NCBI GenBank assembly: GCA_965227515.1
Contig: CBDDFZ010000001.1
Span: 3,648,001-3,712,000 of the forward strand
Direction: 5' to 3'
Length of the DNA stretch: 64,000 bases
From: Alphaproteobacteria bacterium
GTDB taxonomy: Bacteria > Pseudomonadota > Alphaproteobacteria > CALKHQ01
Positions within the stretch are counted from its first letter, which is position 1, and each line of letters opens with the position of its first letter. The notes beneath the pieces were generated by a model. The model was given only the letters and a program-made list of their open reading frames with translations. It was not told the DNA's origin and ran no database searches. Made by a program: the position numbers and the translations under genes. This document shows positions 18,693 to 27,814 of this stretch, one piece after another.

Positions 18693-20003
18693 CTAAGCGG
18701 CGTTGAACTCGTTCCACTTGGCGAACAGGAACTCCGCCTCGTCCATCAGGTTGTTCCAGACCGCGACCTTGCTGAAGCGATCCTCGTAGGAGCCGCCGTC
18801 GCGCACGTCGCCCGGCTGGTTGGTCACGTCGCCGGTCGGGCTGGTGATGACGTCGGTCGCCGGCTGGCCGCCGTAGAAGAAGCCCCACTCGTTCTCGGTC
18901 AGGAAGTCCTTCGCCGTCTCCGGCACCGAGATGTAGTAGCCCTGCTTGGCGATGAAGCCGCCGGTCCAGCCGGAGACGTACCAGTTCAGGTACTCGTAGG
19001 CCGCATCGAGCCGGATGCCTTCCAGGTGCGACATCAGCGCCAGGCCGTTGCCCCAGCCGCGCAGCCCCTCTTTCAGGTGCACGTACTCGCAGTCGATGCC
19101 CTGGGTGCGCACCGCGGTCACCGCCGGCGACCACATCGACTGGATCAGCACCTCGCCGGCCGCCATCAGGTTCACCGACTCATCGAACGTGTTCCACAGG
19201 GCGCGCCAGTGGCCGTCCTGCTTCAACTGGATCAGTTTGTTGATGGTGGCTTCCAGCTCGTCGCGGGTCGGGTTGCCCTTATCGGCGTAGGTCAGTTCGC
19301 CCGACGCCTCCATGGCCATGATCGCGTCCATGATGCCGATGGTCGGGATGTTCTGGATCGCGGTCTGGCCGGCGAACTCCGGATTGAACAGCTCGGCCCA
19401 GCTCTCGACCGGGCGGCCGATCAGGTCGGGGCGAATGCCCAGGGTGTCGGCGTTGTACACGCCGGGCATGAAGGTCGCCCACTCGGTCGGCCCGTCGGTG
19501 AACCCACCGTCGATGCCGTCGCGATACATCAGCTCGAACGGCGAGTCGCCCTCGCGGCTGACCTCGGCGCCCTCGAACTGGCCCTCGGTGTAGATGGGCG
19601 TCATCTTGTCCCACAACGAGATGCGGTTGACGTCGACCGCCTGGGTCACGCCCTGCGGCACATAGATCTTGGTCTGCCAGATCTCGCTGTCCGCGACGTC
19701 GATGGATTCCGGCTCGTTCGACATCCGGTTCAACAGGCCGCCATGGTCGGTGACCGACATTTCCACCGTGAAGCCCAGATCCTCGCTGGCCTGGCGCGAG
19801 ATGTCGATCAGCGTCGAATACGACATGCCGGTGTGATTGATGGTGATGTCGCGGATTTCCTGCGCCCAGATGGTCGGGGCGCCAATCACGCTGGTCGTCG
19901 CGGCGGCACCGGTTGCGGCGGCAGCACCCTTCAGCACCTTGCGGCGGCTGATGTCCCCGGTGACGGCCTGCTCGGCGGCATTCGACGTTTTCGGCTTGGT
20001 CAT
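18693..20003 (-). CDS. ABC substrate-binding protein (PotD/PotF-like), Tat signal
   Basis: SRRKVLK twin-arginine leader; YNADTLG.RPD and QSMWSPA motifs; ATG at 20003 follows GGGGGAG. Confidence 0.88.
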   Translation of the reverse strand: MTKPKTSNAAEQAVTGDISRRKVLKGAAAATGAAATTSVIGAPTIWAQEIRDITINHTGMSYSTLIDISRQASEDLGFTVEMSVTDHGGLLNRMSNEPESIDVADSEIWQTKIYVPQGVTQAVDVNRISLWDKMTPIYTEGQFEGAEVSREGDSPFELMYRDGIDGGFTDGPTEWATFMPGVYNADTLGIRPDLIGRPVESWAELFNPEFAGQTAIQNIPTIGIMDAIMAMEASGELTYADKGNPTRDELEATINKLIQLKQDGHWRALWNTFDESVNLMAAGEVLIQSMWSPAVTAVRTQGIDCEYVHLKEGLRGWGNGLALMSHLEGIRLDAAYEYLNWYVSGWTGGFIAKQGYYISVPETAKDFLTENEWGFFYGGQPATDVITSPTGDVTNQPGDVRDGGSYEDRFSKVAVWNNLMDEAEFLFAKWNEFNAA

Positions 20004-20327
20004 GCTGTCTCCCCCTGGATCATCGGCCGCGTACGGCACGCATCCGCTCGATAAACGAAAACCTGCCGGCCGGGGCGATTCCGGATCGTCCCATGCTGCA
20101 GGCGCGTACGAAAATTTCAGTTGGTTCCTCGACGAATGTCAAGGCATTGCGCATTCCGGACGGTGTAATTTATTGATGCAGGGGAAAAGTTTTTACGCGG
20201 CCGCCCAGGGGTAGCCGACTCTTTGTGATGGACATGACCCGCGGTCTCGTTGGACCCTTGCTGCGCCGCACCAAGGCACACCGGGGCTGGCGATGACCGG
20301 CGGGGCGACTGAGGGAGGGTACACGGA

Positions 20328-21206
20328 ATGGCCAAGGAAATTTTCTGCGCGTTCGGAGTCGACGTCGATGCGGTTGGCGGTTGGCTGGGCTCCTATGGTG
20401 GCGAGGACAGCCCCTGCGACATCTCGCGCGGCATGTTCTCCGGCGAGGTCGGGTCACTGCGCCTGCTCAAGCTGTTCGACCGCTGGGGCATCAAGACCAC
20501 GTGGTTCATCCCCGGCCATTCGATCGAGACGTTCCCCGAGCAGATGAAGGCGGTTGCGGATGCCGGCCACGAGATCGGCATGCACGGCTACAGCCACGAG
20601 AACCCGATCGCCATGTCCCCGGATCAGGAAGAGGCAGTGATGGACAAGTCCATCGCCCTGATCGAGGAGTTGTGCGGGCGGCGGCCGACCGGCTTCGTCG
20701 CGCCATGGTGGGAGTTCTCCCCCATCTCCAACGAGCTATTGCTGAAGAAGGGCATCAAGTACGACCACTCGCTGATGCACGACGACTTCACGCCCTACTA
20801 CGTGCGGGTCGGCGATAGCTGGACCAAGATCGACTACACCAAGAAGGCCGAGGAGTGGATGAAGCCGCTGGTGCGCGGCACCGAGACCGACCTGATCGAA
20901 ATCCCGGCCTCGTGGTACCTGGACGACCTGCCGCCGATGATGTTCATGAAGGCGGCGCCGAACAGCCACGGTTTCGTCAATCCGCGCCACCTGGAGGAAA
21001 TGTGGCGCGACCAGTTCGACTGGGTCTACCGCGAGATGGACTATGCGGTGGTCACGTTCACCATCCACCCAGACGTGTCCGGCAAGCCGCAGGTGCTGCT
21101 GATGCTGGAGCGGCTGTACGAGCACATCATCGGCCACGCGGGCGTCACGTTCACGACGTTCGATGCCATCGCCGACGATTTCGCCAAGCGGTCGCCGCGG
21201 ACCTGA
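20328..21206 (+). CDS. Polysaccharide deacetylase (CE4) fold amidohydrolase, HpPgdA/PuuE-like
   Basis: [30 protein letters not shown] and TIHPD motifs; no signal peptide. Confidence 0.88.
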   Translation: MAKEIFCAFGVDVDAVGGWLGSYGGEDSPCDISRGMFSGEVGSLRLLKLFDRWGIKTTWFIPGHSIETFPEQMKAVADAGHEIGMHGYSHENPIAMSPDQEEAVMDKSIALIEELCGRRPTGFVAPWWEFSPISNELLLKKGIKYDHSLMHDDFTPYYVRVGDSWTKIDYTKKAEEWMKPLVRGTETDLIEIPASWYLDDLPPMMFMKAAPNSHGFVNPRHLEEMWRDQFDWVYREMDYAVVTFTIHPDVSGKPQVLLMLERLYEHIIGHAGVTFTTFDAIADDFAKRSPRT

Positions 21207-21223
21207 CCGCGCGGGCACGGGCG

Positions 21224-21571
21224 ATGTGCGGGCTTTGCGGCATGCTGGGGGTCGACGTTCACTGGAGCGACGCCGCCAGCACGCCCGAAGCCTTCGTCGG
21301 CCGGGACATATCGCGCCGGCGGGATCGTGCCGAACGCATCACGCTGATCGATCGCATCCTGCGCCCTGCCGGCATTCGGGCCCGTGACTGGCAGGGCACG
21401 TCCTATGTGCTGTCGACCCTGACCGGCAAGACCGCAGTGGTCGATCATCTGGGCCGTCTTTGGGCGGAGGCGGAGCGTCTGGCCGGGCGCCCGCTCGACC
21501 CGCTTGCCCCGGATCTGATCGTCGCCCTGGAGCGTGCCGGCGAACCGGAAGCGGCCGATGCCGGCATATGA
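21224..21571 (+). CDS. Small hypothetical protein (115 aa) with N-terminal MCGLCG
   Basis: The ATG at 21224 opens an ORF that fills the gap between the deacetylase and CobW genes and overlaps the CobW start; plausible codon usage. Confidence 0.75.
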   Translation: MCGLCGMLGVDVHWSDAASTPEAFVGRDISRRRDRAERITLIDRILRPAGIRARDWQGTSYVLSTLTGKTAVVDHLGRLWAEAERLAGRPLDPLAPDLIVALERAGEPEAADAGI

Positions 21572-22589
21572 GGCGTTCATCCCGGTCAATGTGCTGACCG
21601 GCTTCCTGGGCAGCGGCAAGACCAGCCTGCTGCAGCGCCTGGTGCGCGCGCCGCAGATGGCGCGCACCGCCGTGCTGATCAACGAGTTCGGCGAGATCGG
21701 GCTCGACCATTTGCTGCTGGAAGCGGTCGACGAGGGCACGGTGGTGCTGCAAAGCGGCTGCGTGTGCTGCACCATTCGCGGCGACCTGCGCGATGCGATC
21801 CGCGATCTCTACGGCAAGCGCGAAAGCGGCGCGGTGCCCTATTTCGACCGGCTGGTGATCGAGACCACGGGGCTGGCCGATCCCGCCCCCATCGTCAGCA
21901 CCCTGATGGCGGACCCGATGATCCGCCACCATTTCCGCCTGGGCAACGTGGTCACCACCGTCGACGGGCAGCACGGCGTGCTGCACCTGGCGGACAACCC
22001 GGAATCGGCCAAGCAGGCCGCCGTGGCCGACCGGTTGGTGATCACCAAGACCGACATTGCCGATGCCGATGGGGTCGCGGCTGTGCGCCGCGCGCTCGCC
22101 GCCATCAATCCCACCGCCGGCGTCTATGACGGCGCCCATGACGCGCTGGACCCCGACGACCTGTTGCGCGCCGATGTCTACGACCCGGCGACCAAGGCGG
22201 CCGAAGTGCAACGCTGGCTGCAGGACGAAGCGCCCGGCACCGCTCATGGCCACGCCCACGACCCGAACCGCCACGACCGCGATATCCACGCGTTCTCCAT
22301 CGTCGAGGATCGCCCGCTGGACTGGTCCGCCTTCGGGCTCTGGCTCACCATGCTGCTGAACCGCCATGGCGACCGCGTGCTGCGGGTGAAGGGCATCCTG
22401 AACGTCATCGGCACGTCGGCGCCGGTGGTGCTGCACGGCGTGCAGTACACGGTGCATCCGCCGGTGCACCTGCCCGACTGGCCGAGCAAGGACCGGCGTT
22501 CGCGCATCGTGTTCATCGTGCGCGGCCTGGACGAGGCGGCGATCCGGCGCTCGCTGATGGCCTTCAACCGGCTCGCCAACGCGGCCTGA
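21558..22589 (+). CDS. CobW/COG0523-family metallochaperone GTPase
   Basis: GFLGSGKT, INEFGE, GCVCC, ETTG, TKTD, a short His patch HGHAH and the C-terminal LRVKG motif. Confidence 0.93.
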   Translation: MPAYEAFIPVNVLTGFLGSGKTSLLQRLVRAPQMARTAVLINEFGEIGLDHLLLEAVDEGTVVLQSGCVCCTIRGDLRDAIRDLYGKRESGAVPYFDRLVIETTGLADPAPIVSTLMADPMIRHHFRLGNVVTTVDGQHGVLHLADNPESAKQAAVADRLVITKTDIADADGVAAVRRALAAINPTAGVYDGAHDALDPDDLLRADVYDPATKAAEVQRWLQDEAPGTAHGHAHDPNRHDRDIHAFSIVEDRPLDWSAFGLWLTMLLNRHGDRVLRVKGILNVIGTSAPVVLHGVQYTVHPPVHLPDWPSKDRRSRIVFIVRGLDEAAIRRSLMAFNRLANAA

Positions 22590-22615
22590 CCGACCCAAGC
22601 AGCCGACCAAGGGGG

Positions 22616-24031
22616 ATGAACATGAGCACGGTACTGATCCGCAACGGCCGCATCATCACCGCCGTCGACGACTACAAGGCCGACATCGTGGTGCAGGACG
22701 GGCGCATCCACACCATCGGCCGCGATATCGAGGTCGGCGGCGATGTCGAGGTGCACGACGCCTCCGGCCTCTACGTCTTTCCCGGCGGCGTCGACGTGCA
22801 CACGCACCTGGACTGGGAGTTCGGCGTCGCGCGCACCGTCGACACGTTCGAGACCGGCACCATGGCCGCGGCCTTCGGCGGCACCACCACGGTCATCGAC
22901 TTCTGCAACCAGAACATGGGCGAGAGTCCGCTGGTCGGCCTGGAGGACTGGTACGGGCGCGCCGCCAGCGCCTGTGTCGACGTCGCCGCCCATATGATCA
23001 TGCTCGACGTCAACGACCAGTCGCTGGCCGACATGAAGACGCTGATCGACCGCGAAGGCGTGACCACGTTCAAGCTCTTCATGGCCTATCCCGGTGTGCT
23101 GATGCTGGACGACGGCGCGCTGTTCAAGGCGATGCGGCTGGCCGGCAACAACGGCGCTATGATCTGCGTCCATGCCGAGAATGGCGGCGTAATCCAGGTG
23201 CTGGTCGAGGAAGCGGTCGCGGCCGGCAACACCTCGCCGAAGTACCACTCGATCACCCGGCCGACGATCATGGAGGGCGAGGCCACCCACCGCGCCATTC
23301 GAATCTCCGAACTGGCCGAGGTGCCGCTCTACATCGTCCACCTGTCGGCGGCCGAGGCGCTGTCGGCGGTGACCGAGGCGCGCGACCGCGGCATTCCGGT
23401 GCATGCGGAGACCTGCCCGCACTACCTGTTCCTGACCGACGAAGAATACGACCGGCCGGAGTTCGACGGCGCCAAGTATGTGATGACGCCGCCGCTGCGC
23501 ACCCACCATCACCAGGAGGCGCTTTGGCGGGGGCTCAGGACCGACGACCTGCAGGTGATCTCGACCGACCATTGCCCGTTCTGCTTCGCCGAGCAGCCCT
23601 ATGGCATCAAGTTCTCCAAGCAACAGGGCATCGACGACTTCAGCAAGATCCCGAACGGCGCGCCGGGCCTGGAGACCCGCCTGCCGCTGGTGTTCGACGG
23701 CGGCGTGCACGACAAGGGCATGTCGCTGAACCGGTTCGTCGAGCTGACCGCCACCACGCCGGCCAAGCTGTTCGGCCTGTTCCCGAAGAAGGGCACCATC
23801 GCGGTCGGCACCGACGGCGACATCGTGCTGTTCGACCCGAACGAGAAGTGGACCATCCGCGCGGCCGAGCACCACAGCCGCATCGACTATTCGCTGTTCG
23901 AGGGGCGGCAGGTCACCGGCCGGGTGAAGAAGGTGTTCTCACGCGGCCGCATGGTGGTCGACGGCGACAACTGGCACGGCAAGGCCGGCGGCGGCCAGAT
24001 CCTGAAGCGCGGCCAGGCCGGGATGGCTTGA
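22616..24031 (+). CDS. hydA: Dihydropyrimidinase/D-hydantoinase
   Basis: PGGVDVHTH, GGTTTVIDF, carbamylatable Lys in FKLFMAY, VHAENG, VHLS, ETCPHYL, STDHCPF and IPNG motifs. Confidence 0.93.
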   Translation: MNMSTVLIRNGRIITAVDDYKADIVVQDGRIHTIGRDIEVGGDVEVHDASGLYVFPGGVDVHTHLDWEFGVARTVDTFETGTMAAAFGGTTTVIDFCNQNMGESPLVGLEDWYGRAASACVDVAAHMIMLDVNDQSLADMKTLIDREGVTTFKLFMAYPGVLMLDDGALFKAMRLAGNNGAMICVHAENGGVIQVLVEEAVAAGNTSPKYHSITRPTIMEGEATHRAIRISELAEVPLYIVHLSAAEALSAVTEARDRGIPVHAETCPHYLFLTDEEYDRPEFDGAKYVMTPPLRTHHHQEALWRGLRTDDLQVISTDHCPFCFAEQPYGIKFSKQQGIDDFSKIPNGAPGLETRLPLVFDGGVHDKGMSLNRFVELTATTPAKLFGLFPKKGTIAVGTDGDIVLFDPNEKWTIRAAEHHSRIDYSLFEGRQVTGRVKKVFSRGRMVVDGDNWHGKAGGGQILKRGQAGMA

Positions 24032-24077
24032 GGTTCTCAACGTCATCGGTGCAGGTGGCGCAACACAAACAATCACC

Positions 24078-24813
24078 GTCATGCCCCGGCCGGCCGGAGG
24101 CCGAGTCCCGGGTATCCACGTCTTTGAAACGGCAGACGATGCAAAGAAAGACGTGGATGCCCGCAACAAGTGCGGGCATGACGATTGTGAATGATTTCAA
24201 CAAGATACCCCGTCATTGCGAGGAGCGCCGAAGAACGGCGCGACGCGGCAATCCGCAGTAAACGTAGCCCGGGTGGAACGAAGTGTAACCCGGGGACATC
24301 GAGCCGCCGGCACCCGAACCCGGGTTCCGCTGCGCTCCACCCAGGCTACTTATGTTTGCCGGGACAACGAATAATCATCGTCGCCCTCGCCCTTGTGGCG
24401 AGGGCCTATTTGCATGGAAGTTCGAATTCGAGCCTGATGGGCCGCACAGTTGGACCCAGCCAATGACCTGCGCCTCCGCGACCAGTTGCCGAATGACCCG
24501 CATTCCTGGCGTATTGGACGTGAATGGGTCCTCGCCACAAGGGTGAGGACGACGACTGGATACAGCAATAGCCGTAGCCCGGGTGGAACGTAGTGGAACC
24601 CGGGGACATCGAACCGCAGGCACCCTAAATGACATTCAGACGCCATCGGCCCCCGTGCCGAGGGCCCATGGTTGCGGTAGCGCGCTCCGTCCCGTGGGAG
24701 CGCAACTACAAGGAACAGCGCTGCGACAGAACTTCTTCGCAACTATGGATCACATGAGGCAATCCATTGGCGCAAATGCATAAATAGGCCCTCGGCACAA
24801 GGCCGAGGGCGTC
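24078..24813. repeat. Mosaic cluster of six REP/REPIN-like units from four families
   Basis: CGTCATG family (about 24078-24183); CGTCATTGCGAG half (24211-24254); GTAG-type doublet (24264-24349) plus a half copy (24574-24625); two GTCGCCCTCGCC-type doublets (24380-24553 and 24639-24813). Confidence 0.85.
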
Positions 24814-24882
24814 AAGTATTGATGAGATCGGCAGAGCCGTCGAAGCCTGCCAGTCGCCAAGCGCGGCCCCGACTGCCCTCAC

Positions 24883-25632
24883 TCAAATCATGTAGTCGCC
24901 GCCGTTCATGTTCATCGACGCGCCGAGGTAGTAGGCGCCGTCGTCGCTGGCCAGCAGCAGGGCGGTCGGCGCCACTTCCGAGGTCTTGCCGAAGCGCCTG
25001 ATCGGTAATTCGCCGAGCTTGTTGTCCAGCCAATCCTGCGGGATCGCGCGCAGCAGCGGCGTGTCGATAGGGCCCGGGTTGATGCAGTTCACCGTGATGC
25101 CCTCGGCCCCCACCTCATAGGCCAGCGCGCGGGTGAAGCCCATGATGCCGGCCTTGGCCGCGCAATAGTGCACCATGGTCGGCGCGCCCTTGTGCGCCAG
25201 TTGCGACGAGAAGTTGATGATCCGCCCCCAGCCCTTGGCCTTCATTGCCGGCAGCACCGCACGGGTGCACAGGAAGGTGCCGCGCATGTGTACGCCGATC
25301 ATGGTATCCCACGCCTCGGTCGTCATTTCGTGCAGCATGCAGGTGGCATCGATGCCGGCACAATTGACCAGGATGTCGACGTCGCCGATCTCCGCCGCGA
25401 TGGCGCCGAAGGCTTTGGTGACCGCTGCCTCGTCGCTGACGTCGGCGACCACGCTGGCCGACTTGGCGCCCGCCTGCATGTCCGCCTCCGCCAGCACGGC
25501 CGCCGCCGCATCGCCGTTCAGGTCGACCACGCCCAGCGCCGCCCCCTCGCTGGCGAACAACAGCGCGATTTCCTTGCCGATGCCGCTGCCGCCACCGGTG
25601 ACCAGTGCCGCCTTACCCGCCAGTTTTCCCAT
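24883..25632 (-). CDS. Short-chain dehydrogenase/reductase (FabG-like)
   Basis: TGGGSGIG, VNCAG, catalytic Y..AK (HYCAAK) and PGPIDT motifs. Confidence 0.93.
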   Translation of the reverse strand: MGKLAGKAALVTGGGSGIGKEIALLFASEGAALGVVDLNGDAAAAVLAEADMQAGAKSASVVADVSDEAAVTKAFGAIAAEIGDVDILVNCAGIDATCMLHEMTTEAWDTMIGVHMRGTFLCTRAVLPAMKAKGWGRIINFSSQLAHKGAPTMVHYCAAKAGIMGFTRALAYEVGAEGITVNCINPGPIDTPLLRAIPQDWLDNKLGELPIRRFGKTSEVAPTALLLASDDGAYYLGASMNMNGGDYMI

Positions 25633-26728
25633 GATCCTCTCCCGTTGCTTCCGCCCGTGCGCGTTCGGCGGCCTCGGCGGCCGACTTCAGCGCCGCCTCC
25701 GAGACACCCGCGCTCAAAATGCGCTCCGCCTCTTCCTGGAAGGCGGCGAAATAGTCCACGGCGCGCTCCTGGCGCGCAACTTCGTCGTGCCGCAGGCAAT
25801 GCACCTGATGCCCTGGTTCGACGGTCTCGGCCGGCGGCCGGGTGGCGCGGCACCGCTCCTCCACCATCGGGCAGCGGCTGGCCAGAAAGCAGCCGTCCGG
25901 CAGGTCGATGGGGCTGGGGATCTCGCCCTCCAGCCTGATGTCGGTCTCCCGCCGCAGCCGGGGGTTCGGCAGCAGCACCGACGACAACAGCCCGACCGAA
26001 TACGGGTGGCTGGGCGTCGCGAACAGCTTCGCCGCCGGCCCCTGCTCCACGATCATGCCCAAATAGAGCACCGCGACCCGGTGGCTGATGTGACGCACCG
26101 CCGACAGATCGTGGGAGATGAACAGGTAGGCAGTGCCCAGTTCCTTCTGCACGTCGATCAAGAGGTCGATCACCTCGGCCCGCGCGGTCGGATCCAGCGC
26201 CGACGTCGGCTCGTCCAGAATGATGATCTCCGGGTCGGAGATGATCGCCCGCGCAATGCCGACGCGCTGCTGCAGGCCCATGGAGATTTCGGCCGGATAG
26301 GCATCCAGCAGTGTCTCGGTGATGCCGACCCGCGCCGCAGCCAGCCGGGTCTGATGGTCGCGGTCGGCCCTGTTGACGCCAGCCGCGCGCAGCGGCTCTG
26401 AGATCAACTGATGCACCCTGTGCCTGGGGTCGAGGGACTCCGCCGGCTCCTGGAACACGAGCTGCAACTTGCCGCGCACCTCCGGCGAGCGCACGGTGCG
26501 GCGCCCGCCCATCTGGAGGTCGCGGAAAGTGATGTTGCCGGCCGTCGGCCGGATCAGCCCCAGCACGCAACGGCCGATGGTGGTCTTGCCGGAACCGGAC
26601 TCGCCCACCAGCGCCAGCGTCTCGCCATGGTCGAGCTGGAACGACACGTCGTTGACCGCCTGGACCACGGCCTTGGTCCCCGCAATCGGGAAGTGCTGGA
26701 CCAGGTTTTCAACGGTCAGAATAGGCAT
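25613..26728 (-). CDS. Oligopeptide/dipeptide-type ABC ATP-binding protein (DppF-like)
   Basis: GESGSGKT, degenerate signature ISMGLQQR, DEPTSALD, HPYS and C-terminal GC.LA.RCP. Confidence 0.92.
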   Translation of the reverse strand: MPILTVENLVQHFPIAGTKAVVQAVNDVSFQLDHGETLALVGESGSGKTTIGRCVLGLIRPTAGNITFRDLQMGGRRTVRSPEVRGKLQLVFQEPAESLDPRHRVHQLISEPLRAAGVNRADRDHQTRLAAARVGITETLLDAYPAEISMGLQQRVGIARAIISDPEIIILDEPTSALDPTARAEVIDLLIDVQKELGTAYLFISHDLSAVRHISHRVAVLYLGMIVEQGPAAKLFATPSHPYSVGLLSSVLLPNPRLRRETDIRLEGEIPSPIDLPDGCFLASRCPMVEERCRATRPPAETVEPGHQVHCLRHDEVARQERAVDYFAAFQEEAERILSAGVSEAALKSAAEAAERARAEATGEDHGKTGG

Positions 26729-26731
26729 CTA

Positions 26732-27754
26732 TCAGCGATCGATCGGGAAGTGGCAGCGCACGGCATGGTCGTCGCGCAGCGGACGCAACGGTGGTGCCTC
26801 TGCATTGCAACGGTCCTGCGCGCGCACACAACGGTGCCGAAACACGCAGCCGCCATCGCCGGCACGGGTGGTGGCATCCTGCGGCATGTCCTCGCGCAGC
26901 CAGTACCGGCGCAGCTTGGCGTTGTGGGAGAACGCGGCTAGCAGCAGCACCGTGTAGGGGTGGGCGGGGTTGTCGAAGAACTCGCCGCGCTTGGCGACCT
27001 CGACGATTTCGCCGGAATAGATCACCGCCACGCGGTCGGCGAAGTGGGCGGCGATGCCGATGTCCCGGGTGATGAACAGCATCGACGAGCCGCGATCCGC
27101 GATCAGCTTGCGCAGCAGCTCCAGCACCTGGGCCTGCACGGTGACGTCCAGGCCCGATGTGGCATCGTCGGAGATGATGAACTTGGGCGAGCACGCCAGC
27201 GCGATCGCCATCACCACGCGCTGCGCCATGCCGCCGGACAGCTCGTGCGGAAACGCCTTCATGCGGCGGGCGGGGTCCGGGATCTGCACGTCCCTCAATA
27301 GGGCCAGCGTGCGCGCCTTCACCTCGCGCTCGCCCAGCGACAGATGATGGCGCAGCACGTCGCCGATCTGGCGGCCCACCGTGCGCAGCGGGTCAAGCTC
27401 GCCGCGCGGGTTCGATACCACCATGGCGATGTCGCGGCCGCGCAGCTCGCGCAACCTGGTCTCATCGATGGTGGTGATCTCATGGCCGTCGAATGCGATC
27501 GAGCCGCTGTCGATGCGCCCGGGCGGCGGCACCAGCCTGAGCGCGGCGCGGGCCAGCATGGTCTTGCCGGACCCGGACTCGCCCACCAGCGCCACCACCT
27601 CCCCCCGGGCGACCGACAGCGTGATGTCGTGCAGCACGGTCTGGCGCGCGTGCCCAAACCTGGGAAACGACACCGACAGACCGCTGATGTCGATCAGCGG
27701 GGCGTTTGCCGCATCTTCGACCTGGTCGGTCATTTCGGTTGCCGGCAATGCCAT
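26732..27754 (-). CDS. Oligopeptide/dipeptide-type ABC ATP-binding protein (DppD-like)
   Basis: GESGSGKT, FPHELSGGMAQR, DDATSGLDV and HPYT motifs; alternative start at 27733. Confidence 0.92.
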   Translation of the reverse strand: MALPATEMTDQVEDAANAPLIDISGLSVSFPRFGHARQTVLHDITLSVARGEVVALVGESGSGKTMLARAALRLVPPPGRIDSGSIAFDGHEITTIDETRLRELRGRDIAMVVSNPRGELDPLRTVGRQIGDVLRHHLSLGEREVKARTLALLRDVQIPDPARRMKAFPHELSGGMAQRVVMAIALACSPKFIISDDATSGLDVTVQAQVLELLRKLIADRGSSMLFITRDIGIAAHFADRVAVIYSGEIVEVAKRGEFFDNPAHPYTVLLLAAFSHNAKLRRYWLREDMPQDATTRAGDGGCVFRHRCVRAQDRCNAEAPPLRPLRDDHAVRCHFPIDR

Positions 27755-27814
27755 CTCAGCGCGCGCCCATTTCAGCGTGTGCCCATCTCAGCGTGTGCCC
27801 ATCTCAGCGTGTAC
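27751..27814. repeat. Four tandem 16-bp repeats spanning the permease stop and ATPase start
   Basis: CCATCTCAGCGCGCGC / CCATTTCAGCGTGTGC / CCATCTCAGCGTGTGC / CCATCTCAGCGTGTAC. Confidence 0.92.

Noticed and set aside
20145-20160. Possible sigma-54 site CGGAAT-N5-ATGC upstream of the Pot-like operon
   Set aside because: GG-N10-GC spacing is present but there are several mismatches to the consensus; too weak to call.
20328-21206. Peptidoglycan or polysaccharide deacetylase function
   Set aside because: No export signal and the gene is embedded among cyclic-amide hydrolases, so a small-molecule amidohydrolase role fits better.
24078-24813. CRISPR array or integron attC cassettes
   Set aside because: The repeats belong to different families, are in inverted pairs and are irregularly spaced; no cas or integrase gene, and no ORFs between units.
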